Source: Anolis carolinensis (lineage: Eukaryota). Taken from it: 64,000 nucleotides of DNA. The number at the start of each line of letters is the position of its first letter. Position 1 is the first letter of the stretch. Location: positions 33,247,923 through 33,311,922 of the forward strand of contig NC_085844.1 in the NCBI RefSeq assembly GCF_035594765.1. The letters are read 5' to 3'. Position numbers and translations under genes: made by a program. Below the pieces are notes generated by a model that did not search any database, was not told the DNA's origin, and was given only the letters and a program-made list of their open reading frames with translations. Positions 11,686-24,890 of the stretch are shown here, piece by piece.

Positions 11686-14600
11686 AGAGAATGCTTCTGG
11701 AACATGGCCACACAGCCCGAAAGACATACAACAACCCTGTGATCCCGGCCATGAAAGCCTTCGACAACACATTTATTGGTATTATTGAATTGCTTGGATT
11801 TTCTTATGTGTTGACACTCTATTGAAGAAATGATTGCATGATCTACTCTTAATTGAAACTTACCAATTGCAGCCAAGCTATACAGTTGCCCTTTCTTGGA
11901 CAGAACCTATGTGTTAATGCCATCTTTAGTTGCTGATACTGCAGATATAGTTTCTGTGCATTCCTCATTGCACAAAGCAACAATAGGCAGGCTCATTGAC
12001 AGATATACAGTTGGTTATATGAGGTCAAATCCAATGGAAGAGTGGTATAGCACAACCACCACGTATCCATCTGAGTGCAAATTTATTAGGATCTCAGCAA
12101 ACAGGTTTTTTAAAAGTCTGGGCAATGGTGATACACCTACAAATCAGCGAAGTGCTATGTATCTAATGCTGACCACCAATCCTTATAATTCATTATCTCT
12201 GCAGACCAAACAAGCTTCACTAAAATGCAGCACTCAGCAACAAGCAAATCACTTTGTGCTGAATTCTAAAAATCTTGCCATTAATACAGTGGGGGACTGC
12301 CAAGAAAGCTTTTGATTTGATGAAGATTTGATTTCTAGAGTTTTGAAGAAGCATAGGTGGCTGAAAATGCTAAATCCTTGGATTCTTTGGTTTCTATGGA
12401 TTTATTTTCCCCTATGTTCTGAATTTCATTCCTCCATTAGCCTCTCAGCTAGGCTGCCTATGAGTGTAATAAATAGGAAAAGACATTCGCAGTTCTTGTT
12501 GCATCGAGTGTGTAACCTTCTACTTGATCGTCTTGCTGGAAGAAAACAATCATCTGTCTTAGCAGATGGCAGCATGCAGGCATTGTGTCTATGGATGTAT
12601 GTTGTCCTTTGCAAATATGATATCTTGTTATGTGTTACTGAGCCTCTGAAAGGTCACTTCTGAAATAATGGTCTTGATTGATCACTGAGGATGAGCAATC
12701 AGCAATCGTGGGCCACACTAGATGTCACAGTTATCAAGTGCTGTCACTTAGCATGATGTAGATGTTCCTTCCTTATGCTTTAAAAACACATTTGCCTATT
12801 TGCTCATGCAACAAAGATGGTAAAGAGAAAAAAAGCTACATGGACCTCACTCTTTGTGACTGGTGGCTACTATGTCAGTGCTGTAGTAAAGATAAGTTTG
12901 CATTTTACTTTGCAACATTTGCATTGTGATTTGTTTTCTTGATATGCGTTGCTTATTATCATTCAATGTAATGTAATGATAGATTACATAGTGAAAGATT
13001 ATTTAACAAAAATATATGGGAAAATTTAGCTTATAGTGTATAAGTATTCACATCATTTATATTAGAGGTTGGTGCATTTTTAAGGTTAGAGTCCTTCCTG
13101 TGTTTATTTTGAAATGCTGGGTGAATAACCCCTCAGCCCAACCCCCCTGCCCCCATTTGCCATCACGGCATAACTCCATCCTTTTGTGCAGCTGACTGGA
13201 TCTTAAAGTGGGTTTGAGGTTCTATTGGGAGATACAATGCAGCTGCTGGTTATTGCCAATACTTGCCTGTATTTGTACCTTTATTATTAATTCCAGAGGC
13301 AGTTTACAAAGCTAAAATATCAGTAAAATTAAAAAATGCACCCAAAGTCAGAATAACAGAGATAAATAAAACTGTATCCAATTAAAATTATTTAAAAACA
13401 TTAAAGCCTGGCAGGAAAAAAAAGTGTTCAATCATTTGACTAAAGCACAAGAGGGAGGGAGACAGCTTAATTGGGTGCAGTTAACACATTTTTTTTAAAA
13501 AAAGAAGGTGTAATAAATTAGTTTAGATGCTCCCTAATTTATGAGAAGTGCACCATATCAGATACTGATATATCACATATGGTATGTATAACATATCTGT
13601 GACAACACCATGAGAAACAATTAATATCATCCTGACATCTTGTTTTAAACAAATTATGGGTGATATACATTTTAAAAAAATATGTCAAAGGAACTCAGGC
13701 ACCAAATGAGACTTCTAAAATTGCAATAATGACTATGGACCTCATCAAATTGATCAGATCCAACAGCAACAGGACAAAGGAAGAGTGTCCAAGGATGTTC
13801 TGTCATATGGATTATGTTGGAATTTGGTCCATACCAATACACAGAAAAGCATACAACCTGTACACTGTTAGTATCCCATAAAAATAATCTGAAATGACTC
13901 TGGATTCCACTATTGTACAACCAACCATGGAAAAGAGGTCGTGGTCTTTACCTCACCTATTGCATCACGGTCAATAAGCTGTCCATCCACCGAGTTCAAA
14001 ATGTAAGCGAAGAGTGTTTATGCACTTGTGGAATAGTTAGCTGGGTAGAACTCATTGTTAATATCAGGTGGGTGTCTTGTTAGGGGCACAGACACACTTA
14101 AGTTTCCCTTATTCTGGTATAAGCTTTTTTTCAGATGCCATGAAGGCTGGTATTCCCTTTGTCTCTTAGCAGTGCCCAAAGTCCCCTGATTTACTTGTAC
14201 ATCATCTGAAGTTCACTCTTCGTGGTCATACCCTGCAACCATATGCAATATAGTTAACAGCAGTGCCAAGACCTCATGAATCTCTGGGTTGATCATTTTG
14301 TGTTTGGCACATGACACTGTCAGATTTTTCTTCATTCCTGTCCACTTCTATGAAGCACAGATTGGCCATATAAGGATGGGGTAGGTGAAAGCTTTGGTGG
14401 CTGGATAGAAAGTCCAAGGGGATATTCTATAGTTCAGCCACGTGGAACTGTGGGACTGTGCTGAATCATATAGTTTTGCAACCTGAAGAAGGAAATCACA
14501 TGGCAATACTATATTCACTATTGTATTGTAACCTTTTTCTTAATTCCACAAAGGGAATTTATTTTTGTACTCTTAGTGCCCTGTAAAAGTGCAGCTAGAT

Positions 14601-15460
14601 GTTACATTACTTGTCACATCTATTTTATTTGCAAGCCTTTTTAAAGTGAAGATTTCAAAGTGGGAAAGCAATTGTTATCAAGTCTGCAATGGTCCAGAAT
14701 ACCGTTTATTCAAGGAAGCATTTGTTGTTAGAAGGGGGTTTAGCATTAATTGTTGTGTTTTAACTATATTTTCAGTCTTTTCTTTAATATTTTGATTGCA
14801 TGTCCATGTTTATTTGAAGTTTAGTATTCCTACTACCTTGAGTGTCCTTTTTAATATAAGGGAGATATATAAATGTGACAAATAGACATAGAAATTGGAT
14901 AAATATACCCTAAAAACATCAAATCCCATTTGATAATGGAAGCTAAGGAAAGTCAGGCTCGTTAGTCAACAGATGAAGGTACTTCTTACACATACCAGGT
15001 GGACAATTTTAATTCTCTCCTCTTTGTCCTGTTGACCTGTTCTCCATGTGTCAATGGGCATTATTGTTCCCTTTGCTTCCTATGAAAATTCTTCTAATGC
15101 TCGGTACTAAATGGAAATAGATGGGTGGAACAGTAGAGGTATCATGGGCACTGTGCTGGAGTGAAAAGGGTTAAACATTTCTTTTCCACTAATAATGTCT
15201 GCAATGGGAAAAATGTATTTCCTATGTGATATTTTTTAAAGAAGAAATCCCTGCAGGTGAGAGTGCAATTAAAGTAATGTCAAGTTTGGTTCTGAGCCAG
15301 TGTTTTCATTGAGCAATATACTGTGAACAAGATCTTTTTTTCTTGGACAGTCACAGCTAAATCCAATCCCATCAGTGGATCTATTTTGCTTTTTTGCTTT
15401 GCTGTGCATTGCTTTACATACTGAATCTAATTTGTCATTTTGTGTCTCATTCATCCAAAG

Positions 15461-15668
15461 TTCATCTACAATGCAGAATTAATGCAATTTGACATCAATT
15501 TGACTGCAGTAGCTCATGCTATGGAATCATGGGAGTTGTAGTTTTACAAGGTCTTTAGTCCTATTTGCCAAAGAATACTGGTGCCTCACTAAACTGCAAA
15601 TCCCTGAATTCTGTGGCATTCAGCCATGGTAGTTAAAGTGGTGACAAACTGCATTATTTTTGCAGCAT
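15461..15668. mobile_element. Palindromic Harbinger-like MITE (degenerate)
   Basis: catctacaatgcagaattaatgcaatttgac ... gtgacaaactgcattattttt ends; internal tgggagttgtagttt and aaactgcaaatccc arms. Confidence 0.65.
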
Positions 15669-16104
15669 ATAAATAATGCAGTGTGAGGGTCACTTTGGAA
15701 AGGGTTCTCTGGAGTTCTTCATTACCTATTTGATTTTCACCATCATGTTTAAATTGGTGTCAGTTTACAAAAGTCTCTGTTCTAAAGGACACACATGCCT
15801 CCAATCATATAGGAATGTGCCGTAGCAATATTGTGATTGCCCCTCTGGGTATCATAGGCAGTGTGGGCCAGGATGCTTCATTCTGGGAGCATGGGGAAGA
15901 CAAGGGAGAATACAACGATCTGCAGGAAAGAACATCTTTTATGTATATTCTCCAAAAATTTAAGAGATGAAAACTGGGGCATATATGGCTAAACATTAGA
16001 GTGTGGTCAATATGACAAAAAGTATTAATGAGGAAAAACAGACTAACTAGGGGAGTGTTTGCCCAAACCCACCGGGAAAGAAAGGATACCCCCTCTGCTA
16101 AATT

Positions 16105-16768
16105 AAACTTTTTGTTACCCATCCTGTATCTATGCATTTCATTTTTATTGCTCAAGTACCTTAAAATTTTCATGTTGAAATTCATTTAATTAGTTTTGGT
16201 TCAGCTCTCTATTCTTTCAAGGTCATTTTGGATTCTGATCCTGTCCTCTGGGGATTAGCTATTCTTTCCCATTTGGTGTCATTTCCACATTTGATAGGCT
16301 TGCTTTCTATTCCATCATCCAAGTCATTGATAAAGATGTTGATTAGCACTGGGCCCAGGACATAAACCTATGGCACCCCACTGGTCATTCTCTCCAGAAT
16401 GAAGGGAAGCCATTGGCAAGCACCCTTTGGGTTCAGCCAGTTAACCAATTCCAAATAGGTCTAACAGTAGTGTTGTACTGCCTTCCTGGCAAGAATAACA
16501 TGGGGGATCTTGTCAAAGACATTACTGAAATCAAGATGTGCTATTTTCACAATGTTTCATTTATCTACCAAGATTGTAACTCTATCAAAGTGGAAGAGTG
16601 AGAGGGAGAGAGAATCATTTGGCATGATTTGCTTTTAAGAAACCCTCATTGACTTTTAGTGATCATAACATTATTTTCTAAGTGTTTACAGACAATCTGT
16701 TTAAGAATGTGTTCTATTATCTTTCATGATATTGATTTCAGGATGACTGGGAGGTAATTGTTTGGGGT
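16105..16768 (-). mobile_element. CR1 LINE reverse-transcriptase fragment
   Basis: Minus strand gives a decayed SGVP.G.VLGPVL.NIFINDLDDGIESK..K...DTK RT motif around 16270-16385. Confidence 0.88.
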
Positions 16769-16912
16769 CCCATCTACATTGCCATATAAAATCAATATTA
16801 TTTGCTTTGAACTGGATTATACGGCAGTGTAGACTCATATAATTCAGTTCAAATCAGATAATCTGGATTATCTGATTTGCTAATCTGGATTATATGACAG
16901 TGTAGGCTGAGC
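16765..16912. mobile_element. Harbinger-like MITE inserted in the CR1
   Basis: catctacattgccatataa ... ttatatgacagtgtag inverted ends; internal ctggattat repeats. Confidence 0.7.
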
Positions 16913-17027
16913 CTGGGTCCTCTCCCCCCCCACCCCAATCTGAAGCTAGGACTAATATTTCCATTGATTCTCAAATACTATTTCCAGTTGTTTTGAATTT
17001 ACTTCTGCCTGTTGTTTAAATACTCTA

Positions 17028-17656
17028 GGGGCACTTCCAGACAGGCCCAAAACATGGGAACTGTCTCAGTTTTTCCTGAGGCATCCAAATGATGCCTCAG
17101 GTGAAACTAAATTAATCTAGAGAAAACTAGAATTTCCCAGTTTGCTCCGGATTAATAAAACACCTGGAAAGATTTGGACCTTAAGTTAAGGTCAAGATCT
17201 TTCCAGGTGAGGGTTCTGAGGAGATTGATTCCTGGGACTGTTTCCACAGTGCCAGGGCTCAATCCCCATAGCCATCATGGTTCTTCGGGCTCTTGGAGCC
17301 TGAAGGAGCAGGATGGCACCCACCGCTCCCCCAGCCCCCCATTTCTCTCTCAAAAAATTATCAGAGGGGCCTGCCAGCAGTGCAGATTTCCCTCCCACCC
17401 AATCCTCCTGACACGTTATTTTGCACATCATGGGAACTCTTCAGAAGGCCCTGCGCTGTCGGCAGGTGGTGGTGGTGGTGATGGTGGTGGGGGCTGGAGG
17501 GTGGCTGGATGCCCTCCAAGGTCAACCTTTGTTTGACCCAGGATGGCATCTTGTCACCCACTGAGGGAAAGCCTGGGGTTTTGGGAGGATGTAGGGCCAA
17601 AATCTCAGGATGAACTGGTTTAAAATAACTGAGTTTCTTCCAGTATAGAAGGATCC
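17028..17656. mobile_element. Probable non-autonomous Harbinger-like DNA transposon
   Basis: Starts ggggcacttccagacaggcc and ends cagtatagaaggatcc; GC-rich interior; ends resemble 45333-45953 in opposite orientation. Confidence 0.45.
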
Positions 17657-18896
17657 TTGGATGTCATTCCATGGGGAAATAATATTCTATGCATGATGAA
17701 TGCAATGGGGAACTTTGAATAGACATGCTAGGATTGTGCCATTTCTCTTCATATAGGAAATTTTGTTCAACTGCATCATCCCCATCATCACCATGGGGAC
17801 GTATTCACATATTATTGGGATTGTAGTCTAATATATTACTCAGAAGACAATAGGTTCCTCACCCCTGATTTCAGCATTTTTGGTTGTTGCTGCCAAAGAC
17901 AAACATTTAGTAAACATGATTATACTGAGATTTTAGGAACAAAACTACAAGCCTTTTAAAAGAATCCAAAGGCAAATGTATACATACAACTATTGAGGGC
18001 TGGTAAGAAATTGACATAACACTTTAAAAATCATCCCCATGGAGGGATTTCAATGTCTGCATGCTTGTGCAATTTTTTTGGAAATCATTTTGGGGGGGGG
18101 GGGAATGCTCCCTGGGCATTTATGTACTGAATTTTGTTAATGCCACCTTGTTGACTGCGAGTTGATATATTGCTTTTACAACTTAATTCTAGTGTGCTTT
18201 TCACTTGTGCCTAATCATTTCATGGCATAATAAACCCCATGTCATTTAAACTCTTGTAATGCCATGTATCAATTAATTTTAAAAGCAAATATACCTCATA
18301 GGTTTGGTAGCTTTTAGGAAAGGAATTGTGGTAATGTAACTCATTGCATAATTTTAAAATAATTGTTCTCTCTGTTGAAAGCATTTCATATTATAAAGAC
18401 CAGTATTTTCTTTGTGTGATTTGAGTTTCTCTTAGAAACATGTTTCCTGCCTTAATGAGTTCACAAGAGACCAAAGAAAAAGTGGGGCATCTCATTTGCA
18501 GAACCTGCTGTGATTTACATCACTCATTACATGACGGCCTAGAATGAGTTTATCTTCCATACAAGGCTCAACTAAAATAATAGTAAACTCTTCATTCATT
18601 GCATTCATTTTCAACCAGAATTTTTGGTTCTATCAGCATAAGAATTCCCTTCGATAGTCAGATTACATGGAAATGTTATTTCTAGATGACCCAGGGTAGT
18701 TTACCAAATACATCTAGGAAATATAAGTTTGATAGATTTTGTCAACTTGGATACACAATGTTGCTAATATTAATGCAATAAAATCTGGTTAGATTCAAGA
18801 TTGCATCACATTCAGGGAAAATCTACTACAACCGGACCAACTTCATTTAGTCAAAGTAAAATGTTTTCTAAGGGACTAAATACCATGAATGCACTA

Positions 18897-19170
18897 CTGT
18901 CAGCACTCCACATTTGCGGGATTTTACTGTTGTAGATTTAATTATTCATGGATTTGATTACAATGTTCTCTCTAGGAATCTCTAGATCCTTCAGGGCAAC
19001 TATATAGGCTGCTTCCAGTGGAGGCTGACCATACAGTCATGCTGGAGGATTTAGAAATTCCTAGAGAGATGTTCTCTGAGGTTAAAAAAGGAGTATTTTA
19101 GAAGTTCATGGTTTTTCATCTTCATCGGGAACCTGTGCCCTTAACCCCAGTGAATGTGGACAGATGACGA
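18897..19170. mobile_element. Tigger/pogo-like MITE (degenerate)
   Basis: ctgtcagcactccacatttgcggg ... cccagtgaatgtggacagatgac imperfect TIRs; internal inverted ctctctaggaatctcta / tagaaattcctagagag. Confidence 0.6.
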
Positions 19171-19171
19171 T

Positions 19172-19375
19172 TGTTCCTTTCTGATCTTGTAAGTTCTGCA
19201 GGGACAGGACTAATTAATACTTGGAAGGGAGATTGTCAAGGAATACCAGGTGACACAGCATATACATTAAAGGAAGGCAACAACGAACCACTTCTGAGTA
19301 TTCCTTGCCTTAAGAAAAATTATAGCATTCATAGGGTTACTATAAGTCAACAGGCAATTTGAAAGCATATTCTCA
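19172..19375 (+). mobile_element. 5S rRNA-derived SINE (degenerate)
   Basis: ctgatcttgtaagttctgcagggacagg..aatacttggaagggaga..gaataccaggtg resembles 5S rRNA; tail ctgagtattccttgcc..ataagtcaacaggcaatttgaaagca. Confidence 0.7.
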
Positions 19376-19641
19376 CACAACTTTTTAAACCATTTCAGTA
19401 GGAATTTTCTAAGCATGGTTAAACCAGAAACCAACTTATAGCCCAAATATTTGCCTGATTCATTCAAATTAAAGCTGATCTTAACTGCTTATGGGGTCAC
19501 TGCCATCTTCAGTCTTTGTCTATGGTGGATAATTGAGATTTATTCCCATTATATACTAATAAAGTAAATATTTACTTTCCTTTTCAGAAGTTGGAAGGCT
19601 TGGCAATGTGAACAACTGAAATATAGTGACCCTTCCACATA

Positions 19642-19963
19642 TGAGTTGAATATCCCTTATCCAAAATGCTTGGGATCATGAGTGCTTTTGATTTCATTCC
19701 CCTCCCACCCAAGTTTGAATACCTGCATTTGCATATACATACATAATGAGATATCATGGAGATGAGACCTAAGTCTAAACACAAAATTGATTTATTTTTC
19801 ATATACACATAGCCTGAAGGAAAGTTTATACAGTATTTTAAATCTTTTTTGTGTCAAACAACATTTGTATACAAAGTGTCAGTATCGCAAACAGTCATGT
19901 GAACAATTTTGGATTTTGGAGTTGTTCAATTTTTGGACTTTTGGATCACAGATGCTTAACCAG
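19642..19963. mobile_element. Tigger-type MITE resembling mammalian MER46C
   Basis: TIR agttgaatatcccttatccaaaat and ggatcacagatgcttaaccag-TA. Interior cataatgagatatc.tgg.gatg.gacc.aagtctaaacac and cacatagcctgaagg match my recollection of MER46C. Confidence 0.7.
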
Positions 19964-20427
19964 TATCAGTTTGGCCAATTATTTTAAAAGGCTTTCTTAT
20001 TGCAAGGAAGGTGCAATTAGAACATTTTAGATAACACAAAAGAACAGGAATCTGACCATAAAATACATATCATAAAATGCAAATCAGGAATGAGTTGGTT
20101 TCTATCCCAGTATTCTCCATATATGTACTTTGTCTGTGTTCTACTCTGTGTTCTCATTTGAGCTAGAGAATGCCTGAGAGTAATTTCATAACTGGAACAT
20201 GTACAGTTTGTCACAGTTTTTAATGATATTTTCCCCAATATTGCATGAGTATTGCATGAGAGCACTTATGCTCTCATACAAAGTTACATTTTTTGTATTT
20301 AATGGGTCCTAAAATTTCAAAGTGAGGATAACTATGTATTTGGATGTATTTCTGATGTTTTAGTTCAAAGAACGTAACTTTCATATTCCTATCATGATAC
20401 AAAATGTAATCACTATAAACACTAGCA

Positions 20428-20500
20428 AGAATTATTTATTTATTTGTTTGTTTATATCCAGCTTTTCTCCAATGGGTGGGACTCAAAGTGGCAAACAAAT
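20428..20500 (-). mobile_element. L2-type 3' tail fragment
   Basis: (ttta)n then tatatccagcttttctcc..gggactcaaagtggc. Confidence 0.55.
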
Positions 20501-22189
20501 GGTAAAAAGAAAAAATTCCATGATACAAAAGACAACATCTCCTCAACACAAGCATATAAACGAAAACCAACAAATTGCACAACCACATTACATAAAACAT
20601 GCATTATATAAATAGACTAAAAATAAGATTTCCCATTATCATTAAAATCCCTATGTTGCTTTTCTATGATTCTGTGATACCAACATTTTTCTGTTGCATA
20701 TTAGATAACACACTTATACATTGATATACATTACAAACCAATAAGATGGCAGCTTGTGGACTGCTTCCTCACACTATTTTAGGGTGAGTCACCGTCCCCT
20801 GCTCATTCTGCCATCTGCCACTGCTGATAAAGATTGAGAAATAGAATAATGTGAACTGAAAACCAAAACTGAACAAACCATGAAATGTTTCAATCAAAAT
20901 AAAGTCTTAATACAAGAAAATACGCAATATGGCCATCAATGCATCATTGCCATTGTAGGGAAGGGAGATCAGGATGAGGGAGGTGGCAAGATAATAGTGA
21001 GATAATTTGGAATCCCAAATTACAGCGGAGGAGAAATTCAGGTGGAGAAGATTTTGAAAATATCCCCGCAGATAAGCCAAACAATATTTCCAGTTGGTGT
21101 TGGTGTGATTACAGCAGACAAGGTTTTTTTTGTGATCGGAAAATTATTACAATATGTTGTGCATGTATTCTAATCACTTGAAACATTTGGGGGTCAAAAC
21201 TGTGCAAAATCATGAATGCAGTAGGCAGAAATCCTTACTTCAGCCAGGTAAAAAAATTAATCTTAGGGCTGTTCCTTTAAAGGTCATCTTTCTTTAAAAG
21301 TGTAAGACATTTTGCAGAGAAGTATACCTCTGAGTAAGATCAGCAGGCATGTATCATTTTTATAATAGGAAAAATGGCAATGAGTTAAAAAAATAAGGGG
21401 ATGCAGTTTCCAAATTAACAACAAGAACTTGCCCACCAAGTAAAATAGAATTAAAATACAATATATAGCTGAAAACACATAAAACCATTTAAAACACAAA
21501 GGAATTTATCACCCAAAGCCACCATCTCATGACATTTGTGCAATCATTGATCCCAGCACTCTATCAGGATGACCACCCGCAATATTGCATGTCTTTGGTG
21601 ATTGTGATGCTCTCTGGTCCCATGACCATACCTTCTGTTGGGGAGGTAATTCTGCTCTTCCACAGTTACATAACTCTGTAAGATTTGTTTAATTATTTTT
21701 TTAAAAAAAGAAACTTTGCAGTTTCTGCAGTTTGTCTTTTAAAAATTACACTTTCCCTTTAATTACTGAAAAAGGGAGTGAGGAGGGAGAAAAAGAAGGG
21801 TTGGGTAATCTTACCCCATTTCATCACTTCTCTGCCAGCATAATGCACACAGAAACAGCTGGAGATCATTGCATCAGGAACATTGCAGCATTGTGGTGTG
21901 GTCAGGAGCTATTGAGAGGTTTTTTTTTCATCGATAGCCAGGGACAATTTGTGGCAGGGAGGTGGCAGAAAGATAAAAAAAACCAAACAAAAAAAACCAC
22001 ACAGTTCTGATGGTTTTGTGCATCTAGCAGTTACAGGCCATTAAAGTTTGCTTTTGCAGTTATTGTTTATATTTTCCATCCATATTCCAAGAATGTATAA
22101 TCAATAAACTATAAACTGTTTTCTTGCATATATCATTTTATTCCATTTTGTAATCTTGTAATCTTGTTTGATTGGCATCTGAATGCATC

Positions 22190-22858
22190 AGGACTCCAGG
22201 CTATTGTAAGAGGGCCTTACTATGAACAGAAATGCAGACAACACAGTTCACAGCAGCTCATCACAAATTTAATGCCTAGGGACTTTTCCCAGTTTCCTTC
22301 CTTGCCAATATCGTGGTAGGTGAATTCTACAACTTGCTTTGTCTCAGGGCAGTGTTCTAATGAACGTGATTTGCTGGATTGAGGCTGCAGGCACTAAGAC
22401 TAGGGATGCGACATTTATGGTCCTCTTGTTATTGTTGTATTGCTTCTCCTTTCATTTTTCAACATTGGCTATGCTTGGCTAGGCTTGATGGTCAAACAAC
22501 CTCCCTGCCAAGTCTGGACTGTGTTTCAGTTCCACCACGACCAACTTTGCCTTGCCTTGTTATCCTAGCCTCGGACATTGAACCTGGGACTCCTTGAAAG
22601 ACCTTGCTTATTTCCCCACTCAAACTGCTTGGAAGTTTGAGTGTGTTTTGGTTATTGGATTTAAAACTTTGAACTCTAATACTGTACATCTAACTTCGTA
22701 TTACTGGACTATATTTGACCTTTCCTAAAAGTACTATTGCTGGACTATATACTCCGCTTATTTTTGTTTGACTCTTTTATTTCCTTAATAAAGATATTAG
22801 ATTGTTTATTGGCCTCCGTGTCTGATTCCCTGTGCTCTCGCAGCCTAGAGGCATCACA
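22190..22858 (+). mobile_element. Partial LTR (same family as 46970-47835), 5' end lost
   Basis: aaaactttgaactctaata, tggactatatttgacct and aataaagatattagat..tggcctc are shared with the reverse complement of 46970-47230; ends ..gaggcatcaCA. Start approximate. Confidence 0.8.
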
Positions 22859-22899
22859 GACTGAAAGTCAACATGACAGCAATATTTAGATAACAAAAG

Positions 22900-23160
22900 G
22901 GATCTCATGTAGAAAATGGAGCTTCTGCAGCTGTAGCTCCAGAAATCTGGATACAAGTAAATGGATTCAAGACAAATGATTTTGCCTTAACTGTAGGAAA
23001 TGTATGACTAAGAGCCACTAGACAGTGGAATTGGCTGCCATAGATAGTGGTGAACTCTCCTTCTTTGAAAAAGCTAGATGGCCTTCTCTTGTGTATTCTT
23101 GGAGAGTAGGAGATTGGATTAGGGAGGTCTGGTAGTCCCTTCCATACCCTCTCTGATGAT
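22900..23160 (+). mobile_element. Old CR1 3' fragment
   Basis: aatggattcaag..cagtggaattggctgcc..gtggtgaactctccttcttt..gctagatggcc. Confidence 0.6.
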
Positions 23161-24036
23161 GTCATACCCTCCCTGTAAACCTTGACTTTAGAGAAAGCTT
23201 TTTAATGAAGGTTGCTTCTAAGGAGGCAAATATATGGTTACTCTGCTTATCGATAATCCTCCAATATTATAAATCATAAGAGCCTGCAGATTTAATAGTA
23301 AAGATTCAGAGATTTGAATTTCTTGAGACTGTGTTTCAGATTTTAAATTCCTCTTCTATCCAGTTTGATCATAATGAGTATTCATCTTCTGTTGGCATGG
23401 CAAATAACATTTTTCCTTGGGAACAAGCATTTTGCCCCTTTTCTTGCTATTAGTCTTATCAGCTCTGTGCACTTGGTAATGATTAAGAGTCAGCAATATC
23501 CTGTTGTTTGATTGGCAGATTTTTTTTTTCTGAGGGAAACATTGACTGAAAATATGCTTCATCTGGAAGCATAATATGCTTTCTCCTCCCACTTCAGTTT
23601 TAAATTACTTGATGCTTATTAATAACCAGTTCTAAAGTAACCCACCGAAAAAATACTAAATAATATATTGTCTTTTTATTAACTCATTTACATTCATGAT
23701 TTCCAGCAGGGTCTACTATATTCTCATATCATGCTAATTTTTATTGATATTATAAATAGTGTTCTGAAAGCAACTCTAGTAGGAGACCTAAAGCAAACGC
23801 TTGTTTTTCAGAATGGGGAAACCATCTTCTTGCAGAGGGAGGTAATAGCTCATTGTCCTTAGGCAGATAACCTGAAATCATCATCAATTCCACAACTTTA
23901 TAACAGAATGTTAATTTCCTAGGGAAGCAAATGGAAATTTCTACTTCACATGTCAAAAGGAACCACTGAATCCAAATGTCCTCATGAGCTTTGAAGCTGC
24001 TATTATCAATCTTCTTTCATTCCTGTCCTTACTTAG

Positions 24037-24122
24037 GCTGGATGTACACTGCCATATAATCCAGTTCAAAGCCAAAATCTGGATTCAAAAACTGTATTAT
24101 ATGGCAGTGTAGATATGGGGCC
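24037..24122. mobile_element. Short Harbinger-like MITE
   Basis: tacactgccatataat / attatatggcagtgta perfect inverted pair. Confidence 0.7.
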
Positions 24123-24247
24123 TTAGTTTCCTATTACAATTAACTTAGGTCTCAGTGTAGATAAGTATGGTCTCAGTGAAGATAGAAAACATTTAGTGAA
24201 TAAGCAAGGATCTTAAACGAAAATTTGATCCTAGTTTGTACTTACTA

Positions 24248-24573
24248 AGGTAAAGGTTTCCCCTGACATTAAGTCCAGTCGTGTCCGACTCTGGGGATTG
24301 GTGCTCATCTCCATTTCTAAGCTGAAGAGCCAGCGTTGTCCGTAGACACCTCCAAGGTCATGTGGCTGGCATGATTGCATGGAATGCTGTTACCTTCCCG
24401 CCGGAGCGGTACCTATTGATATACTCACATTTGCATGTTTTTGAACTGCTAGGTTGGCAGAAGCTGGAGCTAACAGTGGGTGCTCACTCTGCTCCCCGGG
24501 TTTGAACCTGGGATCTTTCGGTCTCCAAGTTCAGCAGCTCAGCACTTTAATGCACTGAGCCACCGGAGGCTCC
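24248..24573 (-). mobile_element. Sauria SINE, full length
   Basis: Tail aggtaaaggtttcccctgac, tRNA-like head ending caccggaggctcc; 12-bp TSD ttgtacttacta (24236-24247, 24574-24585). Confidence 0.95.
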
Positions 24574-24890
24574 TTGTACTTACTACCTAGAGTTAAAACA
24601 AACAATAGTTCCCCAAGATCACTAGTATTGTTTAAAAGCCAAAATACAATTTTCTTATCTGTACAACTATCAAAGAGGATATGAAATATACATTCTAATC
24701 AGACGGGGCTGAATTGGGTGGTGTATGCTGGTTTCCCTTTCCTTTTGCCACAGAGACTGCTGGCTCCCATCCCATGATGCACAGCTACTTCCATTGGGGC
24801 TCCGTAGTAAAACAGAAAAGGATCTGATGTATGCTGCCACCGCGGCAACACAGGGATCAATAGTGTCCATTATTTCTCTGATATAAGGAA

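Larger units (their letters stand above)
10417..11771. mobile_element. Young Penelope-like element, inverted (head-to-head) partial duplication
   Basis: Arms 10417-10964 and 11190-11737 are 548-bp reverse complements; 34-nt 3' extension at 11738-11771; TSD tttattggtatt at 10405-10416 and 11772-11783. Confidence 0.95.

Noticed and set aside
11896-12315. 139-aa ORF in unique sequence
   Set aside because: Non-ATG start, no domain motif, no convincing splice sites.
14434-14482. Minus-strand acceptor (atttccttcttcag) followed by LQNYMIQHSPTVPRG*
   Set aside because: It could be a terminal exon in phase with the 44104 microexon, but I do not recognise the peptide, another frame is also open, and there is no independent support.
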